64,000 bases of DNA from an uncultured Poribacteria bacterium (GTDB lineage: Bacteria; Poribacteria; WGA-4E; WGA-3G): assembly GCA_951828515.1 (NCBI GenBank), contig OX639992.1, positions 1,826,008 through 1,890,007 of the forward strand. Direction: 5' to 3'. A program made the position numbers and the translations under genes. Numbering within the stretch: the first letter of the stretch is position 1; each line of letters opens with the position of its first letter. Of the stretch, positions 28,927 through 37,637 are shown piece after piece. Under the pieces are notes generated by a model that saw nothing but the letters and a program-made list of their open reading frames with translations, ran no database searches and was not told the origin of the DNA.

Positions 28927-29273
28927 ATTTTTTGTCTCTATATACAACAAACTGAATCAACACATTATTTTATTTCAACTCGAAGAATGCCAATTCTTGA
29001 AATAATGCTCTGTTACAACGACAGATATCTCTAACGAATTTTTTACGTATCACTCAGCATTCTCTATGTTGCAATTCCCGTGCCAATTGGAAGAACCCAC
29101 GCCGTTCGTGAATTTTAGGAAAATGGGACTACGCAAATTTTTCGCAGTCGGCAAATTTTGCATACCGAATCTCTGCAGATATTGCAGAGTTCCAAAAGGC
29201 AGTGGCACCGGCGCGCGATATATCGGGGACGAACACTATGGTAAACTTTAGAATTAACTGTACACTCTGCACC

Positions 29274-29294
29274 GGCGAGGTTAGAAACCTCGCC
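29274..29294. repeat. REP-like hairpin GGCGAGGTTAGAAACCTCGCC
   Basis: Same family. Confidence 0.6.
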
Positions 29295-29360
29295 TACCCG
29301 GGGAGGGGAGAATGTCTGCTTATTTTTTTGGTTTACCATAATAGCGACAAACTCCTTAAC

Positions 29361-29645
29361 CTACTCCCAATCCGCGTGTCCGCTATCAACCATCCTCCGA
29401 TTGACATACAAGTTATCCGAGTATCGCCAGACATGCGCGACTATGCGCCCATAAATATCGGTAGCTACCGACTTGATTGTGACGCGCTTCAGCTCTATGA
29501 GAAACTTTAGATAGGCAGTGGATATTTGTCCTTCGGGGGTGCTGTTTTCAGGGGCATTTATATTTGCCAAGCGAATGCGTTGAGTTGACGTGTTAAAGGT
29601 ATCACCATCAGTTACGGATGTGACGTAGGTTGAATATTCATGCAT
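29361..29645 (-). CDS. thermonuclease (staphylococcal nuclease-like) family protein
   Basis: VTDGDTF...IRLANINAPE...DIYGRIVAHV matches the SNase core (v.DGDT..irL.giDaPE....YGR.la.v). 94 aa with a GGAGG RBS. Confidence 0.6.
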   Translation of the reverse strand: MHEYSTYVTSVTDGDTFNTSTQRIRLANINAPENSTPEGQISTAYLKFLIELKRVTIKSVATDIYGRIVAHVWRYSDNLYVNRRMVDSGHADWE

Positions 29646-29659
29646 CTCTCTACCTCCTC

Positions 29660-29779
29660 AGGACTTACGCAAAATTGGCTTTCATGCCAAAATTGAAGGG
29701 ATATTCCCGAAGAAAGCGCAATGAATTGCGCTACTACGAACCAAAGACCGCATGAAAACGGGTCAACTGCGTAAGTCCT
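29660..29779. mobile_element. MITE-like element (~120 bp) with 12-bp terminal inverted repeats AGGACTTACGCA / TGCGTAAGTCCT
   Basis: It is bounded by perfect TIRs and is intergenic. A near-identical copy (~95% identity) lies at 53575..53694. Confidence 0.7.
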
Positions 29780-29947
29780 ACCTCCTTTTTGAAGGAGTAA
29801 CTTATAGGCGTATGTGGACGGAAACGGAATAGCCGCTATCCCTCACAAATTAGGGATTTATACTACAGTAACGCGGATAGGGTACAGGAAGGTTGCAGAA
29901 AGTGCAATTCTTTGGAAATGTTGTGTGGTTACAATAAATTTGTAATG

Positions 29948-29974
29948 TGGCGAGGTTAGGAAACCTCGCCAGCG
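29948..29974. repeat. REP-like hairpin GGCGAGGTTAGGAAACCTCGCCAGCGG
   Basis: Same family; identical to the 20270 copy. Confidence 0.65.
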
Positions 29975-30252
29975 GCGGTGGAGGTATCCGCTTCTCTTGA
30001 GATTGCCTCGCAGTAAGAGTTATTTGTAGGTTTTACCATAGATGAAGTCAACAATTTCTATTTTAGTGTTAGAGAAATTCGGTATACCGACGTGTGTAGA
30101 TTAAAATGTTTGTTCTATACGAAGCGGAGAATTTTTGAGGGAACTTAAGGAGCAGGAAGGTGGACGCGAAAGAAGGCGCGGTGTCGCGCCTTCCAACATA
30201 TCCATTTTTTTCGACTTGACAGAAGCGAGTAGAAATGCTACGTTACTGAATA

Positions 30253-30699
30253 TTAATTATTCTCGGCACCTTCGTCAATCCAGTCAATGAAAAGTTGGAC
30301 TTGGTCTCCATCCAACGGTGGGCCGCCAGGCGGCATGCCGCCGCCATCAATGCGTTTGACGACAAGGCTTCCTTTGCCATCGCCAGCGACAAAGGCAGGA
30401 CCGTTCGCGCCACCCTTTTTGAAGGTATCGTATTGGCTGAGGTTAAGCCCTGCGACACCGGGTGCGGCGTGGCATCCCGGAACGGCGCATCGTTCAGCGA
30501 GGATAGGCTGGACATCGTCCCCAAAAGAGACCCCTTCCACAACAGGTTCTTCGACAGGAGGAGGCTCAGGTGCTGGTGTCTGAGCAGGAGGAGGCGTTGT
30601 AGCGGGCTGGAGAACATCAGCCATACCGGTGGTATCCTCAGTGGTGTCACCTTCATCCCCGCAACTGGCAACGAAGATTGCAATGAGAAAGAGACTCAT
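30253..30699 (-). CDS. lipoprotein with planctomycete-type cytochrome c (PSCyt1-like) domain
   Basis: Signal peptide with an ASCG lipobox, then a Pro-rich linker. ERCAVPGCHAAPGVAGLNLSQYDTFKKGGANGPAFVAGDGKGSLVVKRIDGGGMPPGG...LFIDWIDEGA resembles the PSCyt1 pattern (C..CH ... GG.sG.a.vpG....S.L...i...MPp ... l..WI..GA). Start may instead be upstream at 30768. Confidence 0.5.
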   Translation of the reverse strand: MSLFLIAIFVASCGDEGDTTEDTTGMADVLQPATTPPPAQTPAPEPPPVEEPVVEGVSFGDDVQPILAERCAVPGCHAAPGVAGLNLSQYDTFKKGGANGPAFVAGDGKGSLVVKRIDGGGMPPGGPPLDGDQVQLFIDWIDEGAENN

Positions 30700-30897
30700 G
30701 GCGAAAATAGGAATAGAAACGGAATGAAGGTATCGTTTACGTGTATGTATCAAAGACGAAGCAATCACGACAGGATTCTCCTTTTTTCAGAAATGTATTT
30801 TTTGGCGTAGTTTGCAAGCCAAAACTTGCTGTTAAATGTGTAGGAATCTCGTTGTTTTGTATGTATATAGAATACCACGATGCAAAGGAGATGTCAA

Positions 30898-31842
30898 ATG
30901 AAAATTCTGATTAACACCGATACGACGGCAGAACAACAACAGCAGATCAAATCGGTTTCTGATGACCTTTCGCTTGTGCACCCACAGAATTCAGAAGAGG
31001 CGCTGCGCGAAATCGTAGATACTGATATTGTGTTGGGTGGATTCAACCGTTCGCTTTTTGAAAATGCGAAACAACTGAAATGGGTACAAGTACTTTCGGC
31101 TGGCGTTGATGGCTTGCTGTTTCCGGAATTTGTTAAAAGCGATGTTATCCTAACGAGCGCGAAAGGGTTTGTTGGTCCACATCTGGCAGATCAGACATGG
31201 GCTTTACTTCTTGGTCTCCTCCGCGGCGTCGGACGTTCGGTTCGCGAGCGGACGTGGGACAATCGAATGTCGATCCGTCTGGCGACGTGGGAACTCAGCG
31301 AACAAACGCTGGGGATTATCGGACTCGGTGGAACGGGGATTGACGTTGCGCGTCGGGCACAAGGGTTCGATATGCGCGTTATCGCTGTGGATCCAGAGGC
31401 AGTTGAAGCACCATCGTTTGTCCATGCGGTTTGGAAGATGGATCGGTTCCATGATCTTCTTGCGGCGTCAGACATCGTTGCTATCTGTGCCCCGCTGACC
31501 CCGGAGACGCACGGTATGTTCGACGATGCGGCGTTTGAACAGATGAAATCGCATGCGCTGCTTATCAACGTCACACGCGGCAAGATTGTCGACGGACCGG
31601 CACTGCTCCGTGCACTCACTTCAGAAAGTATCGGCGGTGCGGGGTTAGATGTCACGCCTGAAGAGCCGTTGCCTACTGACAGTCCGTTATGGGATCTACC
31701 GAACGTGATTGTTACACCACACGTTGCGGGTGGCTCACCGATCCGCTTGGACCGGAGTGTTGGGCTTTTCTGCGATAATTTAGAACGGCTCCTCGTTGGG
31801 AAACCGCTCCTGAGCGTGATTGACAAAGAGAAAGGGTACTAA
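30898..31842 (+). CDS. D-isomer-specific 2-hydroxyacid dehydrogenase family (glyoxylate/hydroxypyruvate reductase or PGDH-like)
   Basis: GIIGLGGTGIDVARRAQGFDMRVIAVD NAD-binding GxGxxG-17-D, with catalytic R/E/H region (VTRGKIVD...VTPHVAG). An AAGGAG RBS lies 7 nt upstream of the ATG at 30898. Confidence 0.8.
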   Translation: MKILINTDTTAEQQQQIKSVSDDLSLVHPQNSEEALREIVDTDIVLGGFNRSLFENAKQLKWVQVLSAGVDGLLFPEFVKSDVILTSAKGFVGPHLADQTWALLLGLLRGVGRSVRERTWDNRMSIRLATWELSEQTLGIIGLGGTGIDVARRAQGFDMRVIAVDPEAVEAPSFVHAVWKMDRFHDLLAASDIVAICAPLTPETHGMFDDAAFEQMKSHALLINVTRGKIVDGPALLRALTSESIGGAGLDVTPEEPLPTDSPLWDLPNVIVTPHVAGGSPIRLDRSVGLFCDNLERLLVGKPLLSVIDKEKGY

Positions 31843-32043
31843 GATGTCAGGTGCTTACGGTACAGGTGCGGTTGTATAGTAATATTAGAAAATCAATGTT
31901 AGATTTTCAGGAAGGGTGGAAGAGAAGGAAGACTGGAAGAAACACCCTATTTCCTATCTTCCAAACTTCCAACTTTCCGACCCAATTGGGATTCAAAACC
32001 TGTATGTTAAACTTGCTTACCGGTGAAGGGGCATAAGTCATAT

Positions 32044-33054
32044 TTAGTCCATATCAGCGATTTTAACGAGTTGCTTCCCGGTATTGCCGCCCTTTAGCAT
32101 GCTAATGAACGCTGCGGGCGCGCTTTCGATCCCACCTTCTTCAATTGTCTCATGATATTTCAACCTGCCCTGTCGCAACCATTCTGACATCTCAACGAGT
32201 GCCTCGGTATGCTGATCGGCGAACTCAGAGACGAGGAAGCCTTCAATCCTCGCGCGCTTAGTGATCATGTGCCAGAGGAAACGCGGTCCTGTCTCCGGTT
32301 TCTCTAAGTTATACTGCGAAATTTGCCCACAAATGACGACGCGCCCCTTGATTCTTAAATTAGTGAAAACGGCATCTGTGATAGCACCACCGACGTTGTC
32401 AAAATAGACATCAATACCATCAGGAAGAAGTCTCTGGAGTTCTTCGTGATAATCGCTAACCTCTTTATAATTAAAAGCGTCATCAAATCCGAGTTCATCA
32501 ACGATGTAAGCGACTTTTTCATCGGTTCCTGCAGAACCGACAACCCGACACCCCTTGATTTTCGCGATCTGTCCGACGACGGAACCGACTGCCCCAGCGG
32601 CACCAGAGACAAATACTGTCTCCCGCTCTTGGAGTTTCCCAATCTCAAGCAAGCCGAAATAGGCTGTTAGACCGGGCATACCGAGAATCCCGGCACCGGT
32701 TGAGATAGGAGCGATTGTCGGATCAATCTTCCTTAAGCCATCACCGGCAGCAACGCCATATTCTTGCCATCCGATACCCGCGTTGACGATATCACCTACT
32801 TGAAAATCCGGATGCTTTGACGCGACAACTTGTGCGATAACACTACCTATCATAATCTCGTCAATTTCCACGTTAGCGGCGTAAGATTTCGCTGCATTAA
32901 TCCGTCCTCGCATATATGGATCCACTGAGAGGTAGAGCGTCTTTACCAACACCTCTCCATCTTCAGGCGTTGGAATCGGCACTTCAACCAAGTTAAAATC
33001 CGACTCCTTTGGGTACCCTGCGGGTCGGGAAGCGAGGGTAATTTGACGATTCAT
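32044..33054 (-). CDS. NADP-dependent oxidoreductase, MDR superfamily (YncB/CurA/PTGR-like alkenal/enone reductase)
   Basis: MNRQITLASRPAGYPKESDFNLVEVPIP...LYLSVDPYMRGRI N-terminus is typical of this family. GAAGAVGSVVGQIAK nucleotide motif. AAGGAG RBS. Confidence 0.8.
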   Translation of the reverse strand: MNRQITLASRPAGYPKESDFNLVEVPIPTPEDGEVLVKTLYLSVDPYMRGRINAAKSYAANVEIDEIMIGSVIAQVVASKHPDFQVGDIVNAGIGWQEYGVAAGDGLRKIDPTIAPISTGAGILGMPGLTAYFGLLEIGKLQERETVFVSGAAGAVGSVVGQIAKIKGCRVVGSAGTDEKVAYIVDELGFDDAFNYKEVSDYHEELQRLLPDGIDVYFDNVGGAITDAVFTNLRIKGRVVICGQISQYNLEKPETGPRFLWHMITKRARIEGFLVSEFADQHTEALVEMSEWLRQGRLKYHETIEEGGIESAPAAFISMLKGGNTGKQLVKIADMD

Positions 33055-33111
33055 TTTAACGTTTCTCCTTTATTCATTTTCAGTTATCGGTTTTCAGTGG
33101 TTAACTGTCAT

Positions 33112-33231
33112 AGGACTTACGCAAAATTAGCAAATATCGGGCTTATGGACGCAAAAAGTGGTATTTTCCATATTTTTAACCCCCTAAATCCCCCTTATCA
33201 GGGGGACTTTAAGAGGGAGTGCGTAAGTCCT
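33112..33231. mobile_element. MITE-like element, same TIR family, different internal module (contains CCCCCTTATCAGGGGGA hairpin)
   Basis: AGGACTTACGCAAAATT ... GAGTGCGTAAGTCCT. It is intergenic between the MDR reductase and PhyH genes. Confidence 0.65.
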
Positions 33232-33281
33232 GTGTCAGTAAGATCGCGAGCGGGGGAAACACCCAGCAAAAACACTCGCTT

Positions 33282-34028
33282 CTACAACGATAGTTCGGGA
33301 TCAGATTTCCTGTGATTAAATTGCACGGGATCTTCACCGTGAACGACGATAAGTTTGTGTTCGGGCGCATCCCAATCGAACACTTTGACAATCGGCAGGA
33401 TGACCCGAACCGCTAAACCGATGCGTCGTTTGTCAGAACGATTTGCCTCCGAGTGATGCAAGGTGCGCTCATTAAAAAGGACAAATTCGCCGGGTTGCAT
33501 TTCAAGGTTGACAATAGTGGTGGTATCAATGAACCCGAGATCGCCCATTTGATTGAACGCCATGTCCGAGGTCGCTTTCACGTGTGGGACCACTTTTCGG
33601 TGTGAGCCGGGAACGATCTGGAGACAACTATTTTCTAATGTTGCGGAATCGACAGCAATCCACGCAGAAATAATAATCGGAGGTTCAAGGGGCCAGTAAT
33701 TAAAGTCTTGATGCCACGGAATCTCTTTCGCGCCCGGTTCTTTGATGAAAAAATTCGTCCGCCAGAGCAGAAGATCGGGTCCGTAGAGAGATGCCATCCG
33801 TTTGACGATCGCTGGATGTGTGGCGAGATTATGAATCAATGTAGAGTCAAGATGGCGGTTGTGCGCCAATTGGTTGTGATCCGGCGGTGCAGTCTCAAGG
33901 ACTGTCTCTATTTCCGAATGCATGTTGAACATATCTTCAGAACTACAAAGTTTGTAAGGACCGAGGTAACCCTGCCGCCAAAACTGTTCCCTTTCTTCGG
34001 CACTCAATGCATGATTTCCGTTCTGCAT
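33282..34028 (-). CDS. phytanoyl-CoA dioxygenase (PhyH) family Fe(II)/2OG oxygenase
   Basis: WHQDFNYWP (HxD) ... later His. 248 aa. Preceded by the conserved leader GCAAGGAAAAATTAAAAA-ATG. Confidence 0.75.
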   Translation of the reverse strand: MQNGNHALSAEEREQFWRQGYLGPYKLCSSEDMFNMHSEIETVLETAPPDHNQLAHNRHLDSTLIHNLATHPAIVKRMASLYGPDLLLWRTNFFIKEPGAKEIPWHQDFNYWPLEPPIIISAWIAVDSATLENSCLQIVPGSHRKVVPHVKATSDMAFNQMGDLGFIDTTTIVNLEMQPGEFVLFNERTLHHSEANRSDKRRIGLAVRVILPIVKVFDWDAPEHKLIVVHGEDPVQFNHRKSDPELSL

Positions 34029-34202
34029 TTTTTAATTTTTCCTTGCGGTTAGATAACGTACGTTTCAAATTTGATGTCCGTTCCATAAATCCGCCTGCGC
34101 CGTTGTTGCAGGCTATAGGTTCCGTACAAATTCTGAGAATCATTATGGTCTTGGTCGGAACGTCGTGGAAAGCAGACAGAGGACATACATTTATAGTAAA
34201 GC

Positions 34203-34384
34203 CCATAATTACTTGGACATTACGGATAGGCGAGGATACAATCCTCGCCAGCGATGGTGTGGGCATAATTACTTGGACATTACGGATAGGCGAGGATACA
34301 ATCCTCGCCAGCGATGGTGTGGGCTTCCTTCACTGAACATAGGCGAGGATACAACCCTCGCCAGCGATGGTGTGGGCTTCTTTC
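34203..34384. repeat. tandem repeat, ~60 bp x3, each unit carrying a REP-like hairpin GGCGAGGATACAATCCTCGCCAGCGATGGTGTGGG
   Basis: The first two units are identical: CATAATTACTTGGACATTACGGATAGGCGAGGATACAATCCTCGCCAGCGATGGTGTGGG. The third has a different left half. Confidence 0.7.
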
Positions 34385-34434
34385 ACTGAACAACTGTCCA
34401 CATATTTTCTGACTTTACTATAAAATCCGCGATA

Positions 34435-35472
34435 CTATTCCTGACAGACATGCACTTTAACTGCGCCGGAGGTCTTATCGGCAGACACTCGAAACGCTTC
34501 AACGATCTCTTCAAGCGGATAGTAGTGTGTCACCAATTTTGTAGCATCGACCTTGCCGGAGTCAATTAATTCAATCGCTGCCTCAAAGTCGGTCTCCATC
34601 CCGCTATACCCGTAGCAGTTAGACCCTGTAACGAATGCCTCTGACCAGACGATCTTGGAAAGATCCACTTCAAGCGGTTTGTAGTATCCCGCGACGAGGA
34701 CAACAGCCCCCTGTTTCCGAACGATATTCATAGCGATGTCAAAGTTTTCCCCACCGCCTACGGTTTCAATCACGGCATCAAAACCGATACCGTCTGTGAC
34801 ATCCTCGACGTATTCTTGCACGTCGGTGTCGCTGACGTTCACAACATGATTTGCACCGAGTGCTCTTGCGAGTTCTGCCTGTTGTTCGTATTTAACAGTA
34901 ATCAGCGTCTCTTTGACACCCGCGGCGACTGCATCCGCTAAAGCGAATTGTCCGATAGTCCCGCCACCGATAATTGCGATGGTATCTCTGGAATTGGCAC
35001 CTGTCCGCGCGATGGCACGATGTGAAACAGCGAGCGGTTCAACGAGTGCTCCTTGCTCAAATGTCATGTCTTTCGGTAATTTAAACAACCCGGAATAGTG
35101 CGTCGAGGTGTATTCAGCGAACCCGCCGTGCATACTCGGAGAGACTCCGGTTCTATTGAAGCAGAGATTATACTGTCCGGTCTCACAATACTTGCAGGTG
35201 CCACAGTGCGCAAAGCATTCCACAGCGACCCTGTCACCAATGTCAAATTTTGTTACACCATCGCCGAGTGCCACGACCACGCCACATGTCTCATGCCCTG
35301 CGGCGTATTCGTGGGATTGCCCCCAATGCCCGAAATAACTGTGCAGATCACTTCCGCAGATACCGGTCTGTTTTGTATCAACGAGTACAAAGCCTGGAGG
35401 CGGTTCGTTCCGTTCGACCTCACGAATTTCAATTTCTTCAATGCCTGTGTAGATAGCGGCTTTCATTCTCAT
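34435..35472 (-). CDS. zinc-dependent alcohol dehydrogenase, MDR family (threonine/sorbitol dehydrogenase-like)
   Basis: GICGSDLH ... GHE ... structural zinc Cys cluster (CAHCGTCKYCETG); GGGTIG nucleotide motif. Confidence 0.8.
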   Translation of the reverse strand: MRMKAAIYTGIEEIEIREVERNEPPPGFVLVDTKQTGICGSDLHSYFGHWGQSHEYAAGHETCGVVVALGDGVTKFDIGDRVAVECFAHCGTCKYCETGQYNLCFNRTGVSPSMHGGFAEYTSTHYSGLFKLPKDMTFEQGALVEPLAVSHRAIARTGANSRDTIAIIGGGTIGQFALADAVAAGVKETLITVKYEQQAELARALGANHVVNVSDTDVQEYVEDVTDGIGFDAVIETVGGGENFDIAMNIVRKQGAVVLVAGYYKPLEVDLSKIVWSEAFVTGSNCYGYSGMETDFEAAIELIDSGKVDATKLVTHYYPLEEIVEAFRVSADKTSGAVKVHVCQE

Positions 35473-37094
35473 GACAGTTTCTCCTTTGTTTCTGGCGTTA
35501 GCAGTTGTTTACGGAGTGCTTGCTTATCAAATTTTCCGACGCTCGTTTTCGGGATTTCATCAACAACGACAAACCGGTCAGGAATCCAAAATTTAGGAAA
35601 CTCAACAGAGAGGTGTTGCCGAAAGTCATCCGAGATGCTTTCATCCGTCCATTGTGTGAGTACAACAACAGCGAGTGGACGTTCACCCCACTTTTCATCT
35701 GGCACGCCGATGACAGCCGCCTCACGTACGGACGGGTGCTTTAGGAGTGAAGTTTCTAAGGCAACACTTGAAATCGACTCTCCACCACTTCGGATAAGTG
35801 CTTTCGCGCGGTCCACAATCTGCACGTAACCGTCTACGTCAATAGTAGCAACATCTCCGGTGCGTAACCACCCATCGGCAGTGAAATATTCCGTAGTAGG
35901 CTGAATATTATAGTAACAACTTGCTGTCCATGGACTCCGCACTTGTAGTTCCCCGACTACCTCTCCATTCCAAGGAAGTTTCGTGAAACCATTAGACGTT
36001 TCAGCTGCGAGACGGAGTTCAACACCCGGTATGGGTTGTCCTTGCTTCGCCTTAATTCGCCATTTTTCAGCATCCGACAAATTTTGATGCACCCCGCGCA
36101 GTTTCGAGAACGTACCCGTCGGTGACATCTCCGTCATCCCCCAAGCGTGGCACACCTCAACACCGAGATTTTTTTCATAAGCTTCAATGAGAGTCGGTGG
36201 CATCGCCTCACCGCCGACTATCAATCTTCGCAACGTGGAGAGGTCCCGCTTCCTTTTCGATAATTCGGGATAAGCCTTTGCCCAGATTGTCGGGACTCCT
36301 GCAGCAACGGTGACACCTGTCTCGGCGATGAGATCAGCGAGGCACACGGGCTTGGCACTCGGAAGCACTATATCCGCACCAGCGAACATAGCCGCGTAGG
36401 GCAGTCCCCACGCCATCGCATGGAACATCGGAACAAGGGGCATCACGACATCTGCCTCTGTTAATCCGAAGACATCGGCTTGATTCACGGCAAGCGTGTG
36501 GAGAAACATGGAGCGATGGGTATAGAGAACGCCTCTCGGTTCCCCTTGCGTCCCACTGGTATAGCAAAGCCCCATTGCCCAGCTTTCGTCAGGAATATTC
36601 CATGAATAGACCGGCTCGGCTTCAGAGAGCAACTGTTCATAAGCAACACTCGGAGGCACGGAAATCGGATTAAAGTGGACAATTTGCTTACATTCTATTC
36701 TCTCTCGTAGTTCCTCAAATGGCTCGGCAAATGCGTCACCCACAAAAATAATCTTGTCTTCTGCCTCGTGGACAATCCGCGCCAGTTGAACGGGAGTGAG
36801 ACGAACATTGAGCGGGTGTAGCACAGCCCCCATGCACGGAATCGCATAGTAGAGTTCCAGATGCTGATAGGTATTGGAAGCGTACGTCCCAACTCTGTCC
36901 CCTGACTGTATAACACCCAATTGCGTGATAGCATCCGCTAACCGTTTCACACGCTCGTATAACGCAGTATAGGTGTAACTATGGAACGTCTGATCGGGCA
37001 GAAGTGTAGTAACTCGCTTACTGCCGTGTATATGGTGAGCATGTTCCAAAATCTGCGCAAGCGTCAAGGGATAGTTCATCATCAAGCCGTGCAT
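35469..37094 (-). CDS. AMP-dependent synthetase/ligase (fatty-acyl-CoA synthetase family)
   Basis: YTSGTQGEPRGV AMP-binding motif I, GWLRTGD motif, C-terminal Lys region. It overlaps the downstream ADH by 4 nt (ATGA). Start uncertain between 37094, 37082 and 37148. Confidence 0.8.
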   Translation of the reverse strand: MHGLMMNYPLTLAQILEHAHHIHGSKRVTTLLPDQTFHSYTYTALYERVKRLADAITQLGVIQSGDRVGTYASNTYQHLELYYAIPCMGAVLHPLNVRLTPVQLARIVHEAEDKIIFVGDAFAEPFEELRERIECKQIVHFNPISVPPSVAYEQLLSEAEPVYSWNIPDESWAMGLCYTSGTQGEPRGVLYTHRSMFLHTLAVNQADVFGLTEADVVMPLVPMFHAMAWGLPYAAMFAGADIVLPSAKPVCLADLIAETGVTVAAGVPTIWAKAYPELSKRKRDLSTLRRLIVGGEAMPPTLIEAYEKNLGVEVCHAWGMTEMSPTGTFSKLRGVHQNLSDAEKWRIKAKQGQPIPGVELRLAAETSNGFTKLPWNGEVVGELQVRSPWTASCYYNIQPTTEYFTADGWLRTGDVATIDVDGYVQIVDRAKALIRSGGESISSVALETSLLKHPSVREAAVIGVPDEKWGERPLAVVVLTQWTDESISDDFRQHLSVEFPKFWIPDRFVVVDEIPKTSVGKFDKQALRKQLLTPETKEKLS

Positions 37095-37240
37095 GTTCTC
37101 CCGGTCCCTCACACAAACAATTGTCCAAGTTTCCCATGATTTTAGCATAAAAGCAGACTTTGTGGTTAAAAAAACTAATACTCTACATCTTTACAACTTT
37201 AATTTGCATTTTACGAAAAAAGAAGACATAATTAACTGTT

Positions 37241-37375
37241 AGGGCTTACGCATAAAGCAGATATTAGAGGATGCAAGAGTAAATATAGTGGATTCTGTAA
37301 TTAATTTTACACCAAACTCGGTGCGGTTAGAAACCGCACCTACCGGCGGTGTGCAGATATTAGAGGATGAAAGAA
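37241..37375. repeat. degenerate MITE-like copy (AGGGCTTACGCATAAAGCAG ... CGGTGCGGTTAGAAACCGCACCTACCGGCGG)
   Basis: It shares its internal module with 37515..37604. The TIRs are mutated. Confidence 0.4.
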
Positions 37376-37514
37376 CAAACGGATAGGGATTTTCCTATGC
37401 CTCCAATCTTTCACGGTTCCAATCCTGCCAGCAGACGAAGGAATCTCGCGTAAGTGTATTAGAATCGGAAACATGTTTGGATGTTTTATACTTTTATATC
37501 CATTTTTTACGATC

Positions 37515-37604
37515 AGGACTTACGCAAAATCACTAAATTTCATCTATTCGGATGCATTCGGTACGGTTGGGAAACCGCACCTACCGGGGAAGTGCGTAAG
37601 TCCT
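37515..37604. mobile_element. MITE-like element (~90 bp), same TIR family, internal module CGGTACGGTTGGGAAACCGCACCTACCGGGG
   Basis: It has perfect TIRs. Its internal module also occurs in a degenerate copy at ~37241..37375. Confidence 0.65.
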
Positions 37605-37637
37605 AACTATTATCAACCTATAAACAAGGAAAACTAA

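Noticed and set aside
29185-29215. Sigma-54 promoter-like TGGCAC
   Set aside because: TGGCACCGGCGCGCGAT lacks the TTGC -12 element at correct spacing. A second TGGCAC at ~25825 is inside a CDS with wrong spacing.
31191-31826. 211-aa ORF antisense to the 2-hydroxyacid dehydrogenase gene
   Set aside because: It is fully embedded antisense in a confidently assigned gene. Its composition is Ser/Arg-rich and low-complexity, with no RBS.
34203-34384. Possible CRISPR-like or minisatellite array
   Set aside because: There are only about three ~60-bp units with no spacers. Each is simply a REP-hairpin-containing unit duplicated in tandem.
35098-35829. 243-aa plus-strand ORF overlapping the ADH and acyl-CoA ligase genes
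   Set aside because: It is antisense to two well-supported genes, with no motif or RBS.
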